Positions 62,156-64,000 of a stretch of 64,000 bases of DNA are shown here, piece by piece. Made by a program: the position numbers and the translations under genes. Origin of the DNA: Candidatus Rokuibacteriota bacterium (GTDB taxonomy: Bacteria > Methylomirabilota > Methylomirabilia > Rokubacteriales > CSP1-6); contig QHSQ01000108.1 of NCBI GenBank assembly GCA_003221615.1, positions 9,678 through 73,677 on the forward strand, in the 5' to 3' direction. The notes beneath the pieces are model-generated. The model was given only the letters and a program-made list of their open reading frames with translations. It had not been told where the DNA came from and did no database searches. Each line of letters begins with the position of its first letter. Positions within the stretch are counted from its first letter, which is position 1.

Positions 62156-62718
62156 CGGACCTCGGCTTCCTGCTCTTCGAGACACCGATCGGCGTCTGCG
62201 GGATCGTGTGGGGCGACCGGGGCGTCGTGGGCGTCCGGCTGCCCGAGGCGAGCGAGGCGGCGGCGCGCGCGCGGGTACGGCGCGAGTTCCCGGATGCTCT
62301 CGAATCGCCGGCCCCATCCGACGTGCAGCGCGCGCGCGAGGGCATCGTGGCGCTGCTCCGCGGTGAGGCGACAGATCTGTCGTTCATCCAGCTCGACATG
62401 AGGCAGGTCGCGCCGTTCAACCGCCGCGTCTACGAGGTCGCGCGCACGATTCCACCGGGCGCGACGCTCTCCTACGGTGAGATCGCCGTGCGGCTGGGCG
62501 AGCCCGGCGCGGCGCGCGACGTCGGATCCGCGCTCGGTCAAAATCCGTTCGCGATCGTGGTGCCGTGCCACCGCGTGCTCGCGGCCGGCGGCAAGATCGG
62601 CGGCTTCTCGGCGCGCGGCGGGATCAGGACGAAGCTGCGCCTGCTCTCGATCGAGGGCGTTCAGGCACCCGGCACCGTTCCCCTCTTCGAGAGCGGTCGG
62701 TCCGCCGGCATCAGGTAG
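62152..62718 (+). CDS. ogt: Methylated-DNA--protein-cysteine methyltransferase
   Basis: GTG 62152 overlaps the upstream stop (GTGA). Active-site motif IVVPCHRVL, with ...TLSYGEIAVRLGEPGAARDVGSALGQNP.... Confidence 0.9.
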   Translation: MTDLGFLLFETPIGVCGIVWGDRGVVGVRLPEASEAAARARVRREFPDALESPAPSDVQRAREGIVALLRGEATDLSFIQLDMRQVAPFNRRVYEVARTIPPGATLSYGEIAVRLGEPGAARDVGSALGQNPFAIVVPCHRVLAAGGKIGGFSARGGIRTKLRLLSIEGVQAPGTVPLFESGRSAGIR

Positions 62719-62850
62719 CGCGCTCCTCCGGAAGTCTGCTTCCGTCGCCGGCGGTGATCGTCTATCATCGCATCTCACCTGAAGTTCATCTCGTCGCCGC
62801 ACGAATGCGCCGCCCCGGCACGGCGCGCTGACACGAGGGGGAAGGACCGC

Positions 62851-63345
62851 ATGCAGACCGACACGATCCCCAGGCTGGTGATCTCGCTCCTCGCCATGGG
62901 GATCGTGGGCTGCGCCTCTGGGCCGGTGATCGGGCGCGTCTCCGTGGCCGGTCAGGAGGCGGCGCCCCTCACGATGAGCTGGGAATCGGGACTCTTCGGC
63001 GGCAGTGGCACGATGGCGGCCGTCATGCCCGACGGCGAGCGGTTCTCCGGCACGTACACGGTCGTGAAGAAGGGGATGTCCCGCGGTCGGATCGATCCGG
63101 CCTGGGAGGGCGCCGAGCCGGCCGACGCTCGCGGCGAGATCGACGACAGCATGTGGGGCGCGGCGCGCGATCGGGGCGCGTTCGTCAGCGCGCATCTCAA
63201 CAAGGCGATCGCGACCTTGAAGGGTGACCGCGGCAGCACGATGCTCTGCCGATTCTCGCTCGAGGCCGCGGAAGCGGGCATGCGCGGCGGCGGCGCCGGC
63301 TCGTGTCAGACCTCGAAGGGCGCGAAGATCAGCGCGAAGTTCTAG
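62851..63345 (+). CDS. Putative lipoprotein
   Basis: Signal plus lipobox LLAMGIVGC-AS. No family recognised. Confidence 0.6.
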   Translation: MQTDTIPRLVISLLAMGIVGCASGPVIGRVSVAGQEAAPLTMSWESGLFGGSGTMAAVMPDGERFSGTYTVVKKGMSRGRIDPAWEGAEPADARGEIDDSMWGAARDRGAFVSAHLNKAIATLKGDRGSTMLCRFSLEAAEAGMRGGGAGSCQTSKGAKISAKF

Positions 63346-64000
63346 GAGACGCTCAGCGCCTGACTCGCCGCCACCTCGAGCGGAGCCGGTCGCGTCGGAT
63401 GCGGGATCAGCCACAGGACGAGCGCGGCCGCGCCGTAGCAGATCACGAACGCGATCAACGCCTGGGTGTAGCTCTGCGTCCGGTCGTAGATCCAGCCGGT
63501 GTACACGGCGGCCGGCATCGAGGCGAAACTCTGGAACATGCTGATCCAGCCCCGGATCGTGGCGAAGTGAGCACGACCGAAGACGTCGCCCACCAGGGCC
63601 CACGTCACCGAGTTCACGCCGTCACCGAACGAAAACAAGACGGCGAAGAGCACGAGCGCCCACCACGCCCCGTCACCGTACGCCAGCACGACGAGACCGG
63701 CGGCGCCCAGCAAGACCCCCACGGCGCCGACCATCTGCTTCGACTGCCGGTCGCCGAGCCACCCGGTCAGCGGCCGGATGACCACGGTCGCCAGCGCCGT
63801 GAGCCCGACGTAGAACGCCGCCGCCGGCTCGTCGAGCCCTTTCCAGACCAGGAGCGGCACCAGGTGCACGGTCACCCCGGCATAGGGGACGTTGCGCAGG
63901 CCGTGAAACGCGGCGAGCAGCCAGAACGTCGGCGTTCGCAGAGCCTCCCGGGTCGTGAACTCTGTTGCGTCGCCGAGTGGAGGCGTGCGCCCGAGCGCGG
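63342..64000 (-). CDS. MFS transporter (C-terminal half; 5' end outside window)
   Basis: The frame stays open to the window edge (...TTREALRTPTFWLLAAFHGLRNVPYAGVTVHLVPLL...). Six hydrophobic helices typical of an MFS C-domain. The listed ORF 63342..63875 starts at an internal GTG. Confidence 0.8.
   Translation of the reverse strand, partial: ALGRTPPLGDATEFTTREALRTPTFWLLAAFHGLRNVPYAGVTVHLVPLLVWKGLDEPAAAFYVGLTALATVVIRPLTGWLGDRQSKQMVGAVGVLLGAAGLVVLAYGDGAWWALVLFAVLFSFGDGVNSVTWALVGDVFGRAHFATIRGWISMFQSFASMPAAVYTGWIYDRTQSYTQALIAFVICYGAAALVLWLIPHPTRPAPLEVAASQALSVS

Noticed and set aside
1-64000. Mobile genetic element, prophage, or classical defence island (restriction-modification, toxin-antitoxin, CBASS, etc.).
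   Set aside because: No integrase, transposase, recombinase, phage structural gene, cas gene, methyltransferase/restriction gene or toxin-antitoxin pair was recognisable. I saw no tRNA gene or flanking direct repeats. By eye, base composition looks uniform apart from short intergenic patches.

Overview
This is a very GC-rich bacterial chromosomal segment (GC judged by eye, not computed). It is densely coding, and GTG/TTG starts and 4-nt ATGA/GTGA start-stop overlaps are frequent. I recognised no rRNA, tRNA, CRISPR array, transposase, integrase or phage gene. About 55 protein-coding genes are supportable. Many belong to a soil-heterotroph metabolic repertoire: family-5 and Leu/Ile/Val-type ABC binding proteins and Dpp-type permeases without adjacent ATPases, LLM flavin oxidoreductases, amidohydrolases/D-aminoacylase, an amidase, MmgE/PrpD, an SDR, a cyclase, tungsten-type aldehyde:ferredoxin oxidoreductase, crotonase, ADP-forming acyl-CoA synthetase and an MMPL transporter. 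Others cover stress and DNA repair: two peroxiredoxins, an AlkA-like glycosylase, Ogt and a DinB-like protein. This content resembles Rokubacteria/Methylomirabilota-like or deltaproteobacterial soil genomes, but taxonomy cannot be established from the sequence alone. The outstanding region is 17.4-31.5 kb. There, one tightly packed minus-strand operon reads cheY-cheW-periplasmic binding protein-MCP-hybrid CheA (2 HPt + REC)-degenerate REC/DUF4388-REC/Roadblock-754 aa membrane/Pro-rich/acidic protein-MglA-MglB-NERD. A divergent TPR/Roadblock-like gene and a Roadblock gene face it. A CheB/CheR-less chemosensory core therefore appears to be joined to a Ras-like GTPase polarity module, with at least three clear and up to six possible Roadblock/LC7 domains around it. 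Next to it (31.6-37.5 kb) lie three paralogous proteins that share an uncharacterised N-terminal 'DRR' domain, together with a MASE1 histidine kinase. Other notable items are three genes inactivated by internal deletions or frameshifts, coding minisatellites (21-nt and 132-nt periods), a long extragenic inverted repeat, REP-like hairpins, and a hybrid kinase translationally coupled to NagZ.
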